DNA of 64,000 bases from Paenibacillus hexagrammi (GTDB taxonomy: Bacteria > Bacillota > Bacilli > Paenibacillales > NBRC-103111), in assembly GCF_021513275.1 (NCBI RefSeq), contig NZ_CP090978.1:5187247-5251246 (forward strand), in the 5' to 3' direction. This document shows, one piece after another, positions 36,597-46,850 of the stretch (positions within the stretch are counted from its first letter, which is position 1; every line of letters starts with the position of its first letter). The translations under genes were made by a program, and so were the position numbers. The notes beneath the pieces are model-generated. The model was not told where the DNA came from. It worked only from the letters and a program-made list of their open reading frames with translations, and did no database searches.

Positions 36597-39500
36597 TTAC
36601 ACGTACTGTGGTCCTCTAAGCTGCTCTAGAATTTGCGGATCCTTGATCTTCGTATCTTGCGCCAGCATCACAATCTTGGACAATATCTCCGATGTTTTCG
36701 GGTCTTCGTCGATGAAGGGCAGGAACAGCTTACCTCGATGCTGGGAGTGGACCGGCAAGATATATAAGCTGCCGGCTGCTTGCTTTTGGACAGTGCCGCT
36801 TCCTAAGTGAACACCGTATTCTCCGAGAGATCCTGTAATACGGGCAAAATTCCCATCCAGACGTACATTGCCAATTTTCATCAGCCTTAAAGATTCAGTG
36901 ACGATAACTTTGCGAAGCTCGATGGTGGTCAGACTTGCTTCAGGATCGACTCCACCTGCGTGCGCCGTGCTTACTACCAAGTCTACATCGCGCATAATTT
37001 CAGAGAAGATGATGCCTGGTATCGCACTCAGCTCCAGAGGCTTATAAGTCTTCCGGTCGATAAAGGAGACGGTTTCGAGCGTTGGCGCTTCAATATCCGA
37101 TGGAGCGAACCAATCCGCCAAGGCATACACCTGCGCGATGATATTCTCCTTGTGATACACCTTCTGCAGTCCTTCTTCATAGCTGACCGTCCAGAGTCTG
37201 TTTTTCAAGAGGGCCACAGCCCGTTTAGGCTGAATTTGATGACCCGCGTATCGTCTTGAAACCGAGCCGCTCTCGAGCTCATCTTGGTTAGGCAGATACA
37301 GCTCTCTGAACACCTGCTTGAACGGCTGCTTCAACTGCTTGTCGAATAAGAATTTCTGATACTTGCTCCACTGGCCGCTTTGGTACAAATGCAAAGGGTG
37401 AGCGATGCATAGCGTATCTTCCGCGTTTAATCGATAGGTTTCACCGTCCGGGCTTTCCAAACACCCCTCTGCATAAAAGCCAAGTGCTTCACCAGTTTTA
37501 AATACAAGCGTACGAAGAATAGGCGCGATCGTCGGATTGTTCATCAAATTGGAGAGCTCATGATGGGTAAACATGCTTTCTGACTCCATGGATTTCTCAA
37601 ATTCCCGTTTGGCTCGTTTGTTTTGTTCCCTGAGGCTGCTTATGGTTTCTTTTAGAGATATCACGTAGGGATGCTTGTTATATTTCGATGGCACAGCTTT
37701 CAACGTCTTACCTTGTTTGCTTGCCTCCAGGTCCGCCCACCCGATCTCATCAATCACGATCCTCACCTGCAGCTCATCAACGGCTGTCGGTTCCAACAAA
37801 TGAAGGACATCTTCCATTTTTCTGGCTTCCATGTCCCATTTAAGTCGAATCACATCCGAATAGCCGGCATTGCGGGATAGATTATCAAGAGCAATAGCTG
37901 CAGCCTTCGCTTCACTCGCGCTGCGCTGTGCACCGAATGTTTTGCTCTCTTTGAGAAACTGCTGAATGTATTCATATCTCTCCAGCACCTCCCTGTCGCC
38001 GCTTTCACCGATCGGAATTAGACTATAGCTGAGTAAATGATCTTTATTCCGCTTGAACTCCACAGAAGTTCGAATTTCAGCTGCATCCAGCTTGCCCAGG
38101 ACAGCGTCTGCGAACAGCTGGGACCTGCGATGATTGGCTCCTGCGGATATGTATTTCGCACACTGGTACAGCATATGGAAACGTTTCTCCCCCAGTTCCC
38201 GGTACGCTTCCATAAACCAGCGGATATCAAAAGCTCCATCGTTAAACTCCGTTGGCGAGATCGAGGAATAATGAGCAACGATCGTCTCTTTCTCCGCAGA
38301 AAAGTTTTCATTCACGTGAGCATGGAAATACCAGGCGGCACTTCGCAGCCCCTCCCATTGTAAATACTCCGAAATAAGCTCGATCCATTGGGGGGCATAC
38401 ATAGCTGCTTCCAACAGCCTTTTCTCTGAAATATTTCTTCCTCGCAGCATCTCCGTAAGCTTCTGTACATCATCCCCTTCTTTCGGATGACAGACGCGAA
38501 GAAGATGGCTGAGAGCTTCTTTTTTACTTCGATTACCGTAAATGTACCCGCGCACAAACGTTTCCTGGCTCAGGGCAGTTAAAATCGCGACGAAATACTC
38601 CATACCCTCATAATAGGAGATTCCCATGGCCAGATGGGATACATCCGTTGGCAGGTCGCCCCGGTTGAGCTCCAGCTCCAGTATGACGGAAAGGATACGT
38701 TCCTTAAATCGCTGGATCGCGGGAAACTTGTTGGCAAAATCCTCCCTTTTTTCTGTGATGGTTCTCATATGCCATTGGCTTCTTCGCTCACGAATCATAA
38801 GTTCCTGATACATCGTGTTATCGTTGATAAGCCCCAACTCAAGTGCCCTGACAAGGTCCTTTAGCTCAAGACGAAACTCTTCGTAGTCTGTTAGGATATC
38901 GAGATTGAGCTTCATAGCATAATACTCCAAAAACGAGCGATCGTCATAAACGGCATTGCCTGCCCAAGAGATCCACGGCGAATAAAAGAAGCCCCATGCT
39001 TTCGAACTGTCCTTAACATCCTGCTTCTGTAGAGCATTGATGATTTTATTTAAGATCCTGCTTGATATAGTGAAGCGTTCTTGGATATCACTGTCATGAA
39101 AATAGGCGAATACGAGAGAGTGAACCTGCTGCATATACTCGAGATTGGCGCTAAAGTCGAAGAAAGTATGGATCGTTTTCATCGGATATAGCTTAGATAA
39201 AACCTTCTTCCCCCATTCTCCAAGGGGCTTATAGCGGTTTACTTCCCAGCCTGTCAGCTTATCTGCATCGTATTTATACAAGGAATCGGAGCTAAGATAA
39301 AAGACGATTTGAATCAGCTCTTTGGCTGTAAAGCCGCTTTCTCTTAAGTATTGGTCCCATACCTCCGCCAATGGATACCCTTCCAAGTGCGATGCTTCGT
39401 GATCCTGCTTCTGGAAACCCTTTAGCCGATCAAGCCGTGCTCCCAGCAACAAGCTTTCCTTGCTCCCGCTGTATCTTTCACATTTGTATTCATAATCTCT

Positions 39501-41483
39501 GTGCTTATGAACCAGCTCCGACAAGCCTTGTAAAAACGCCTTGATCTTGTCGGCTGACAGGTCAAAGAAATCCTTGACTTGAATCTCAGCATAATCGTGC
39601 AGCTTATAAAGCTCCTGCTTCTTATGCGGATCGTATAAACCGAACCCGCTATGCAGCCCCAATTGTTCCTTCTGGCGTAGTCGTTCTACCAGCGGTCGTT
39701 CTTTATCGGAGGGTTCTTGAATAGCTGCTAAATGATGACTAACCTGCTCAAACTGTGCATGCCTTTCCTCATCTTCCTTCAGCACACAGAGCATTTCGAG
39801 CGCACCTAACCGCTGTAATTCAAGCGGACTATCCAGCAGCGTCTCAAGAGATTGATCTAACAGCTCGTGGTCTTGCTTCAAAAGGATCTTCATAGCGCTT
39901 TGACGCAGCGCGCCGGTCTTCAGCTTCAACAGACCTTGAACGGTTACGGTGTCCTGTGGGGTAAGGCGCATGTTATGAATACGCTTCAATGCTGCCTCGC
40001 GATTGGTCATACTTTTATCCGATAAGGAATCAAAAAGGAACTGCCTCTGCACAGGATTGTCTGCATCGCTGGTAAATGTTTGGATCAATGCGTTGCGCAG
40101 GTCCGGGCTAACCCGATCCTTGAGGGCAATGACCTGAGCGATCATTTCCGCATCCAGATCATAAGCCGCGAGATAAAGCATTTTGTTCGCTATAGCGTCC
40201 GTGGTGTGCGAGTATGCCATCCAATCAAAAACCTTCGATTGTTCGGTCACTTCCTGCTTAGGCATGTTCAACAGCATCGTTCTAAATTGATGAAATTGAC
40301 GAATTCGCAGCTCTTTATCCTCTAGCGTTTGGACCCGATCCAAGGTCGGTTTATGCTTAAGGACCTCATAGTCCGGATGCGAGCGCCAGACACTCGACCA
40401 TTTGTACACATAGTTTCGAATAACAAGCGACTGCAGCTCAAGTTCGGTCTGCTCGATATAGGGAAAAGCAAGCGCAAACCTTAGTGCATCATTTTGGCTT
40501 TGCAACAGGAAATATTGCGCCGCGATTTTTTGGTACGTGTCTCCCTGCTCCATGATGTGGCGCATCGGTTCTGGAAGATGATTCTCTTCCCTGACAGCAG
40601 TCGCCCAAAGGGAAAAATAAAGCTTATGCACATTCGGATCTTTGGCCCATTCCTTGCACCGCTCCTCATCACATAAACACTCGTATGCATACTCGACGCA
40701 CTGCTTAACCACTCTCGTGTTGGCTGCCTCCAGTGCTAAACCCGTCCATACATCCAGCGCACGGATGACAGAGCTATACCGAATAAAGTCATGATCGATA
40801 ATGATCTTGAGCATGAATGTAAATGCTTCCAGGGTACCTTCATCCATAGACTCTACGATGCTTTGGCGAAGTCCCTCCTGCAGCCGCGCTGCGATCAGCA
40901 TTTGTCCTAGCATCTGGTGGGCTTCTGCTTGGTGACTGAAGACAATGCCGCGAATCATCGCCCGATTGAGGAGAGCGGTATTGTTGTCTCCAAACAAAAT
41001 GTCCTTCAGGGCATCAAAGACCTGCCGGTTATTTTGATCCAGTTCATAGGCAAGTATATAGGAAACCATGGAGCTGTCAGCCAGATTGGCTGGTCTGGTC
41101 GTCGTGAGATAGTCTAGGAGAGAAAATTCCGACTTGGTGAGATCGTAGAGGGCGTAAAGCTTGCGAACCATGCCTTCCACATGAACACGCAAATTCTTGG
41201 TCCGAAACGGCCGGCGCGAATATCCGATACTGTAGGGGTAGTCAGTTATGTGCGTGGCTAAATAGCTCATGACCTGCGCCTCGTAATCCCCTGCCTTTTG
41301 TTTCACGATAGAGATAAGAGGGGCAAAATATGACTCCTGCTTCCCCTTCGCATCAATCTCGTTGAGAAGCGTTTCGATCTCCTTGTAAGCCAAACGTCGC
41401 TCGTACGGTTTTTTCTCTAAATTCTCCTGTATGAGTTGCTCCAACTTCTTGGTCGCTTCATCTTTGCGCTGAAAGAATAGCAT
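36597..41483 (-). CDS. Giant cytoplasmic protein (1628 aa) of unknown function with helical-repeat body and a DUF4132-like C-terminal region (YehI/MolR-like)
   Basis: No signal peptide or TM segment. Long alpha-helical repeat composition. The C-terminal ~200 aa resemble DUF4132-type proteins; this is recalled from memory, not computed. Confidence 0.4.
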   Translation of the reverse strand: MLFFQRKDEATKKLEQLIQENLEKKPYERRLAYKEIETLLNEIDAKGKQESYFAPLISIVKQKAGDYEAQVMSYLATHITDYPYSIGYSRRPFRTKNLRVHVEGMVRKLYALYDLTKSEFSLLDYLTTTRPANLADSSMVSYILAYELDQNNRQVFDALKDILFGDNNTALLNRAMIRGIVFSHQAEAHQMLGQMLIAARLQEGLRQSIVESMDEGTLEAFTFMLKIIIDHDFIRYSSVIRALDVWTGLALEAANTRVVKQCVEYAYECLCDEERCKEWAKDPNVHKLYFSLWATAVREENHLPEPMRHIMEQGDTYQKIAAQYFLLQSQNDALRFALAFPYIEQTELELQSLVIRNYVYKWSSVWRSHPDYEVLKHKPTLDRVQTLEDKELRIRQFHQFRTMLLNMPKQEVTEQSKVFDWMAYSHTTDAIANKMLYLAAYDLDAEMIAQVIALKDRVSPDLRNALIQTFTSDADNPVQRQFLFDSLSDKSMTNREAALKRIHNMRLTPQDTVTVQGLLKLKTGALRQSAMKILLKQDHELLDQSLETLLDSPLELQRLGALEMLCVLKEDEERHAQFEQVSHHLAAIQEPSDKERPLVERLRQKEQLGLHSGFGLYDPHKKQELYKLHDYAEIQVKDFFDLSADKIKAFLQGLSELVHKHRDYEYKCERYSGSKESLLLGARLDRLKGFQKQDHEASHLEGYPLAEVWDQYLRESGFTAKELIQIVFYLSSDSLYKYDADKLTGWEVNRYKPLGEWGKKVLSKLYPMKTIHTFFDFSANLEYMQQVHSLVFAYFHDSDIQERFTISSRILNKIINALQKQDVKDSSKAWGFFYSPWISWAGNAVYDDRSFLEYYAMKLNLDILTDYEEFRLELKDLVRALELGLINDNTMYQELMIRERRSQWHMRTITEKREDFANKFPAIQRFKERILSVILELELNRGDLPTDVSHLAMGISYYEGMEYFVAILTALSQETFVRGYIYGNRSKKEALSHLLRVCHPKEGDDVQKLTEMLRGRNISEKRLLEAAMYAPQWIELISEYLQWEGLRSAAWYFHAHVNENFSAEKETIVAHYSSISPTEFNDGAFDIRWFMEAYRELGEKRFHMLYQCAKYISAGANHRRSQLFADAVLGKLDAAEIRTSVEFKRNKDHLLSYSLIPIGESGDREVLERYEYIQQFLKESKTFGAQRSASEAKAAAIALDNLSRNAGYSDVIRLKWDMEARKMEDVLHLLEPTAVDELQVRIVIDEIGWADLEASKQGKTLKAVPSKYNKHPYVISLKETISSLREQNKRAKREFEKSMESESMFTHHELSNLMNNPTIAPILRTLVFKTGEALGFYAEGCLESPDGETYRLNAEDTLCIAHPLHLYQSGQWSKYQKFLFDKQLKQPFKQVFRELYLPNQDELESGSVSRRYAGHQIQPKRAVALLKNRLWTVSYEEGLQKVYHKENIIAQVYALADWFAPSDIEAPTLETVSFIDRKTYKPLELSAIPGIIFSEIMRDVDLVVSTAHAGGVDPEASLTTIELRKVIVTESLRLMKIGNVRLDGNFARITGSLGEYGVHLGSGTVQKQAAGSLYILPVHSQHRGKLFLPFIDEDPKTSEILSKIVMLAQDTKIKDPQILEQLRGPQYV

Positions 41484-41498
41484 GTTCGAACTCCTCCT

Positions 41499-41918
41499 CT
41501 ACCATAGTCGGCCGGCTAACATCGTAAATTTGATAAACGTAATGTCTGCGCCATCCAAAATGTCGATTTCGGTCTCCAGCCCCGTAACCTCCTCATCGCC
41601 AATAAACACCCGATACAGGCCGTCTTCGAACGCTAACAAAGCCGTATGCACGGCCGCTGCTTCGTCGGCCTGACGTTCGTCATACCGGGTACCGAAAGCT
41701 ACCTTACCCTCGGTTCCTCGAGCTTCAATATCCTCCTTCGTTAGAAAAGGAATCAGCTGACTTTCTTCAGCACGCTCGTTGTACAGCTTTACCTGCGCAA
41801 CAACGACTTCAGTAAGTAATTCTTTTAGCGTGTTAGGTTTTGACGCGAGATTGTATTCTTTTTTCATTAAGGAAGGTTTTCGTTTACCGATACTTTTTAC
41901 CGTCGCGTAAATGTTCAT
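41499..41918 (-). CDS. Hypothetical protein (139 aa), translationally linked upstream partner of the giant protein
   Basis: 16-nt spacing to the downstream giant gene; no recognisable motif. Confidence 0.4.
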   Translation of the reverse strand: MNIYATVKSIGKRKPSLMKKEYNLASKPNTLKELLTEVVVAQVKLYNERAEESQLIPFLTKEDIEARGTEGKVAFGTRYDERQADEAAAVHTALLAFEDGLYRVFIGDEEVTGLETEIDILDGADITFIKFTMLAGRLW

Positions 41919-41935
41919 GGCTACTCCTTTGCTGT

Positions 41936-42052
41936 GTGGAGTTTGGTTGTATAGATTGGTTGTGGGGTTTGGTTATGGAGCTTGATTATGGAGCTTGATT
42001 ATGGAGCTTGGTCATGGAGTTTGGTCGTGGAGCTCGTTCGTAGAGCTTCGAT
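41936..42052. repeat. Tandem array, 9 x 13 bp (RTGGAGYTTGRTY)
   Basis: Consecutive units gtggagtttggtt / gtatagattggtt / gtggggtttggtt / atggagcttgatt x2 / atggagcttggtc / atggagtttggtc / gtggagctcgttc / gtagagcttcgat. Confidence 0.8.
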
Positions 42053-42194
42053 GTGAAGCAGTTGGACAGCTGTAAAACGTACGCTGCAACTTCATGATAT
42101 CATCCCTTAAGTTTACTTGGGTAGAATTTTTTGGAAGTTGTGTTGGTAAACAAATATCCCCACATCACAATGACGTAGGGATACTTTGTAAAGA

Positions 42195-45100
42195 CTATTT
42201 AGCTGCTTTGACTTGCTCCAGCAAACGCACAACAACAGTGGCCACCTGTGCCCGAGTACTATTTTGAGCAGGTGCAAAATGAGTATCATCTACTCCGTTC
42301 AGGAGACCAAGTGTCGTAGCTACGGACACATATTGCTTGGCCCAATCGTTGATATTGCTTGCATCTTCGTAATTAACCAATTGAGCAGATGCAGCAACAT
42401 CTTCAAGTTTCTTTCCAGTGGCGTTTAAATAGGCATTAACCATCATGATAGCTAGCTGTTCACGTGTAACATTATCTTTCGGTGAGAAGGTACTGTCGCT
42501 TGTGCCGCCTACGATCTTTGCAGCAAATGCGGCATATACAGCTTCCTTATACCAAGAATCATCAGCCACATCTTCGAAAGATTTCTCAGCGGCTGCTGCC
42601 TGGAGATGAAGAGCCTTCTTGAGGATCGTAACAAGCTGTGCTCTGGTCATTTGGTTATCCGGCTGGAAGAACTGCTCGTTCATACCATCGAGGATCTGCT
42701 TGCTGACAAGCTTCTCGATGTCTTTTTGTGCCCAGTGTCCTTGGATGTCGGCGAATGTTTGGATGTCGGCCGTGCCTGTCGAAGTCCCAGAGGCCTCCTG
42801 AGATTTCTCCATCACTGCATATTTTGAGAAGTGAGGTAATGAAACGGTAATGGTGCCGTCGCCATTAACCTTACCTCCCATGTAGGTCCAGGTCTTAGTA
42901 CTTTCATCCAACCAGTAAACACCAAGTTTACTAGTATCTTTTACTTTCGATGAGTCATAGTGGAATGTAGCCTCGATCGGCGTACTAAAGCTTGTAATCG
43001 GTATATCCTTCTCACTAAGTGAGAAATCCAATACTGGAGATACAGCCTTAAAATTTTTCGGTGCAGATTCAGCTTCCGATGTGACCTTGAGCTTAACGGT
43101 GTCATTCTTGTTTGCCACAGGTAATGCATTCACTGGGAATATGAGCTGTACATCGTTGGCTTTGATGACGATCGGCTTCCCTTTATCTGCTGCTTTCTGC
43201 ACAATGTCGGCACCAAAGCTAACAGTTGTAATATCAATATGCTGCTTGGCTGTAGCATCCAACGTAAGTTCCTTCTTCGCATCCTTGGCAAGTTCGACTA
43301 GCATGTCGACATGACCCGGCTGTACATCGTACGTCATCTTACCATTAGCGTCAGGCACAGGCAGGCTTGTGCTGCCACCGCCACCACCTCCTCCTCCTCC
43401 GCCGCCACCAATCGCAACTGGAGCAGGGGTAGGTACAGGATTAATAACGTAGGAGTACTCTGCATAATCACTCTGAACATAATTTTTCATGGAATATACC
43501 GAAAGAAAATCGTTCGGACCATCCATCTCAATTTGGGTTGTAGGCAGCACTTTGCCCGCCCCTTTAATCTGATCTCCTTCAATCAGCAGCGCATACATAT
43601 CAGCACCAGACACCGAAGAAGATAAAGTGATGTTTTTTGTTCCTGTGTAAGTTCCGCTAGCCAGACTTGGGACCGGTGCAGCAGGTCGGCTAACCTCATG
43701 AATATAATTCGAACGTCTTTCATAATTGTTAGAATCGAGCAGGTCCACATAAAAATAGTAATGATAAACATCAGTAGGACTGGATGGATCCAGGGTTACC
43801 GTTACTGTGCCCTGCCCATCACTCAAATCCACATTTTCAAAATGACCTTCGAGAAAATCGAATTCTCTTGATTCGATGCCTTCTCTGTACCATCTAGTAT
43901 CTATATTCGCCGGTCGAGCATAAGGTACGATATTTCCACCTAGATCCTCGAAGGTCGCATTAAACGTAATACTGCGGCTTTGAGCAATATTATCTTGTAC
44001 GACTGCCAGTTTAGCCCTAGGAATCTCATAAGCCAACTTACCGTTTATAAGACCTTGACCATAATCCATCTGAAAAGTAACGGCTTCATCTGCATAACTA
44101 TTGAAGTTTTCATAATCGTAGGTATGATTTGTATCAACCAAATTCCCCTTTGTCATAGAAGAGAGAATCGCCCGCAGGTCCTCGTTGGTCAAATTATTGT
44201 TATACGCTTTTAGAAGGGCAGCGTAACCGGCTACAAAAGGGCTGGCCTGTGACGTCCCTGACATGTATGTGTAGTCTCCGTTCAGATATGTGCTGTAGAT
44301 GTTTACACCTGGTGCAACCACATCAATTTTACCTATATTGGAAAAGTCAGCGATCGTCAGGCGACTGTCTGTTAGCTGCTCAACTGCACCAACACTTACA
44401 ACTTCCTGATAAGCCGCCGGATAGGAAGAATAATAAGCATACCGATGTGTATCATGGGCAAAATCGCTATCTAGCTGTCCAACCTCATTATTGATCCAGT
44501 GATTACTATCGTTCCCTGCTGCCGCAACAACCAGAACATTATTGGCGGCTGCCTTTCGCACCATATCTTGCAACGCCTTGCTTGGTATATCCCAACCGAG
44601 GCTTAAGTTAATTATGTCTGCATGATGATCAATGGCGAATTGGATACCCTGAACAATCGCAGCTGTAGTTCCCCCACCATCTTTGTCCAGAACTTTAATC
44701 GGCATCAGCTTCACACCAGGGGCTACCCCTGTATATCCAGTTGCATCATGAGCTTGAGCTGCGATAATTCCAGCTACATTAGTGCCATGCCCATGGTCAT
44801 CCTGCGCCTCCGGACGGTTATTAACAAAGTCATACCCCGGTACAAGCGACTGAATCAGATCGGGATGCGTAAGGTCCACTCCGGTGTCAATGACAGCAAC
44901 GGTTACAGCTGAATTCTGAAGCGGAGTAGTCTGTTCGGTAGCATAGGTGAGTTCTGTAACTGTTTTGCCCCAATTCTTCATATAGGCTTGATCACTAGAG
45001 GAATAAACGGATTGTATAACGGAGCTCGCAACAGGCTCTATCATGTTAACTTTAAATACGGGTTCAGCGTATTCGACTTCCGGGTCGTTCTGTAGAGCAT

Positions 45101-45407
45101 TCAGTTTATCAGCGATACTGATATCTTCTGAGAAATGAAGGTTATATAACGGATCAGAACCTACGGATGAAATCAGTTGCTCATTTCCTGAGTACGACTT
45201 GTTTTTCTTGGCACTTGGCTTGTACTTTACAATTACTTGACCCGGTACAATGATGGATTGATCATAGTGTTCCGTATTGAATGATTCTAAGGTTATAGGC
45301 TGATTTGCTGCATAAGCCTGAGGTAAGTTGCCGCCCACTAACAGGCCAAACATTAAGACAGCTATCATCCCATTCTTAAACTTGCTTGATGGTCTACTAG
45401 TCTTCAC
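42195..45407 (-). CDS. S-layer-anchored subtilisin-like serine protease (S8 family), 1070 aa, poly-Gly hinge, 3 C-terminal SLH domains
   Basis: Signal peptide. Catalytic 'AVIDTGVD', 'HGTNVAGII' and 'GTSQASPFVAG'. 'GGGGGGGGGGGGS' hinge. SLH repeats ('FADIQGHWAQKDIEKLVSKQILDG...'). Confidence 0.85.
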   Translation of the reverse strand: MKTSRPSSKFKNGMIAVLMFGLLVGGNLPQAYAANQPITLESFNTEHYDQSIIVPGQVIVKYKPSAKKNKSYSGNEQLISSVGSDPLYNLHFSEDISIADKLNALQNDPEVEYAEPVFKVNMIEPVASSVIQSVYSSSDQAYMKNWGKTVTELTYATEQTTPLQNSAVTVAVIDTGVDLTHPDLIQSLVPGYDFVNNRPEAQDDHGHGTNVAGIIAAQAHDATGYTGVAPGVKLMPIKVLDKDGGGTTAAIVQGIQFAIDHHADIINLSLGWDIPSKALQDMVRKAAANNVLVVAAAGNDSNHWINNEVGQLDSDFAHDTHRYAYYSSYPAAYQEVVSVGAVEQLTDSRLTIADFSNIGKIDVVAPGVNIYSTYLNGDYTYMSGTSQASPFVAGYAALLKAYNNNLTNEDLRAILSSMTKGNLVDTNHTYDYENFNSYADEAVTFQMDYGQGLINGKLAYEIPRAKLAVVQDNIAQSRSITFNATFEDLGGNIVPYARPANIDTRWYREGIESREFDFLEGHFENVDLSDGQGTVTVTLDPSSPTDVYHYYFYVDLLDSNNYERRSNYIHEVSRPAAPVPSLASGTYTGTKNITLSSSVSGADMYALLIEGDQIKGAGKVLPTTQIEMDGPNDFLSVYSMKNYVQSDYAEYSYVINPVPTPAPVAIGGGGGGGGGGGGSTSLPVPDANGKMTYDVQPGHVDMLVELAKDAKKELTLDATAKQHIDITTVSFGADIVQKAADKGKPIVIKANDVQLIFPVNALPVANKNDTVKLKVTSEAESAPKNFKAVSPVLDFSLSEKDIPITSFSTPIEATFHYDSSKVKDTSKLGVYWLDESTKTWTYMGGKVNGDGTITVSLPHFSKYAVMEKSQEASGTSTGTADIQTFADIQGHWAQKDIEKLVSKQILDGMNEQFFQPDNQMTRAQLVTILKKALHLQAAAAEKSFEDVADDSWYKEAVYAAFAAKIVGGTSDSTFSPKDNVTREQLAIMMVNAYLNATGKKLEDVAASAQLVNYEDASNINDWAKQYVSVATTLGLLNGVDDTHFAPAQNSTRAQVATVVVRLLEQVKAAK

Positions 45408-45543
45408 ATGAAACCTCCTAATAATGATAGAAAACTAGATCTATTATAATAGAGGTAATGTATGATGTATATTAAATTCTACAAAAATATACATTTTCTC
45501 CTAAATGAATAAACAGAGAGCTTGATAACCGCCACTATATCTC

Positions 45544-45587
45544 AAAAAAATATCCCTACGTCACATGAACGTAGGGATATTTTTTGT
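45544..45587. terminator. Bidirectional intrinsic terminator between the two giant SLH genes
   Basis: Perfect 14-bp palindrome AAATATCCCTACGT...ACGTAGGGATATTT flanked by A7 and T6. A degenerate copy lies downstream of the S8 gene at about 42150-42190. Confidence 0.75.
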
Positions 45588-45591
45588 TAGT

Positions 45592-46850
45592 TTATTTAGC
45601 TGCTTTGATTTGTTCCAGCAAGCGCACAACAACAGTGGCTACCTGTGCACGAGTACTATTTTGAGCAGGAGCAAAATGAGTATCATCTACACCGTTCAGG
45701 AGTCCCATTGCTGTTGCAACGGACACATATTGCTTAGCCCAATCGTTGATATTGCTCGCATCTTCATAATTGGCCGATCGAGCAGATGCAGCAACATCTT
45801 CAAGTTTCTTTCCTGTAGCGTTCAGATAAGCATTAACCATCATGACAGCTAGCTGTTCACGCGTAACATTATCTTCCGGTGAAAAGGTGCTGTCGCTTGT
45901 GCCGCCTACGATATTTGCAGCAAACGCGGCATACACAGCTTCCTTATACCAAGAATCATCAGCCACATCTACAAATGATTTCTTAGTCGACTCAGCCCGT
46001 AAATTCAGGGCTTTTTTGAGAATCGTAACAAGCTGCGCTCTGGTCATTTGGCTATCCGGCAGGAAGGACTGCTCATTCATGCCATCTAGAATCTGCTTGC
46101 TGACAAGCTGTTCGATGTCTTTTTGTGCCCAATGTCCTTGGATGTCCGTGAATGTCTTTACACCTGTCGGTGTGCCGGTAGACGACTGAGATTTCTCCAA
46201 CACTGCATACTTCGAGAAGTGAGGCAATGAAGCAGTAATGGTGCCGTCACCATTAATCTTACCTCCCATATAGGTCCAAACGTTTTTGGCTTCATCCAAC
46301 CAGTAAACACCAAGTTTGCTAGCATCCTTCACCTTGGATGAATCATATTGGAAAGTTACCTCAATAGGCGTATTAAAACTTGTAATCGGTGTATCCTTCT
46401 CGCTAAGTGAGAAATCCAATACTGGAGATACAGCCTTAAAATTTTTCGGTGCAGATTCAGCTTCCGATGTGACCTTGAGCTTAACGGTGTCATTCTTGTT
46501 TGCCACAGGTAATGCATTCACTGGGAATGTGAGCTGTACATCGTTGGCTTTGATGACGATCGGCTTCCCTTTATCTGCTGCTTTCTGCACAATGTCGGCC
46601 CCGAAGCTAACAGTTGTAATGTCAATATGCTGCTTAGCCGATGCGTCTAGTGTAAGTTCCTTCTTTGCATCCTTGGCGAGTTCAACCAACATGTCGACGT
46701 GACCCGGCTGCACGTCATACGTCATTTTACCATCAGCATTAGGCACCGGCAGGCTTGTGCCACCACCACCGCCTCCGCCTCCGCCGCCTCCACCACCAAT
46801 TGCTGCTGGCGCAGGGGCAGGGGCAGGATCAGCTGCTTCAGCAGCATACA
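45592..46850. repeat. ~1.25-kb direct repeat (anchor cassette) shared with 42195..43450
   Basis: Near-identical DNA and protein sequence over the poly-Gly hinge, a ~250-aa domain and three SLH repeats in both genes. Confidence 0.8.

Noticed and set aside
41936-42052. CRISPR-like or coding repeat
   Set aside because: The 13-bp units are contiguous without spacers and lie in an intergenic promoter region.
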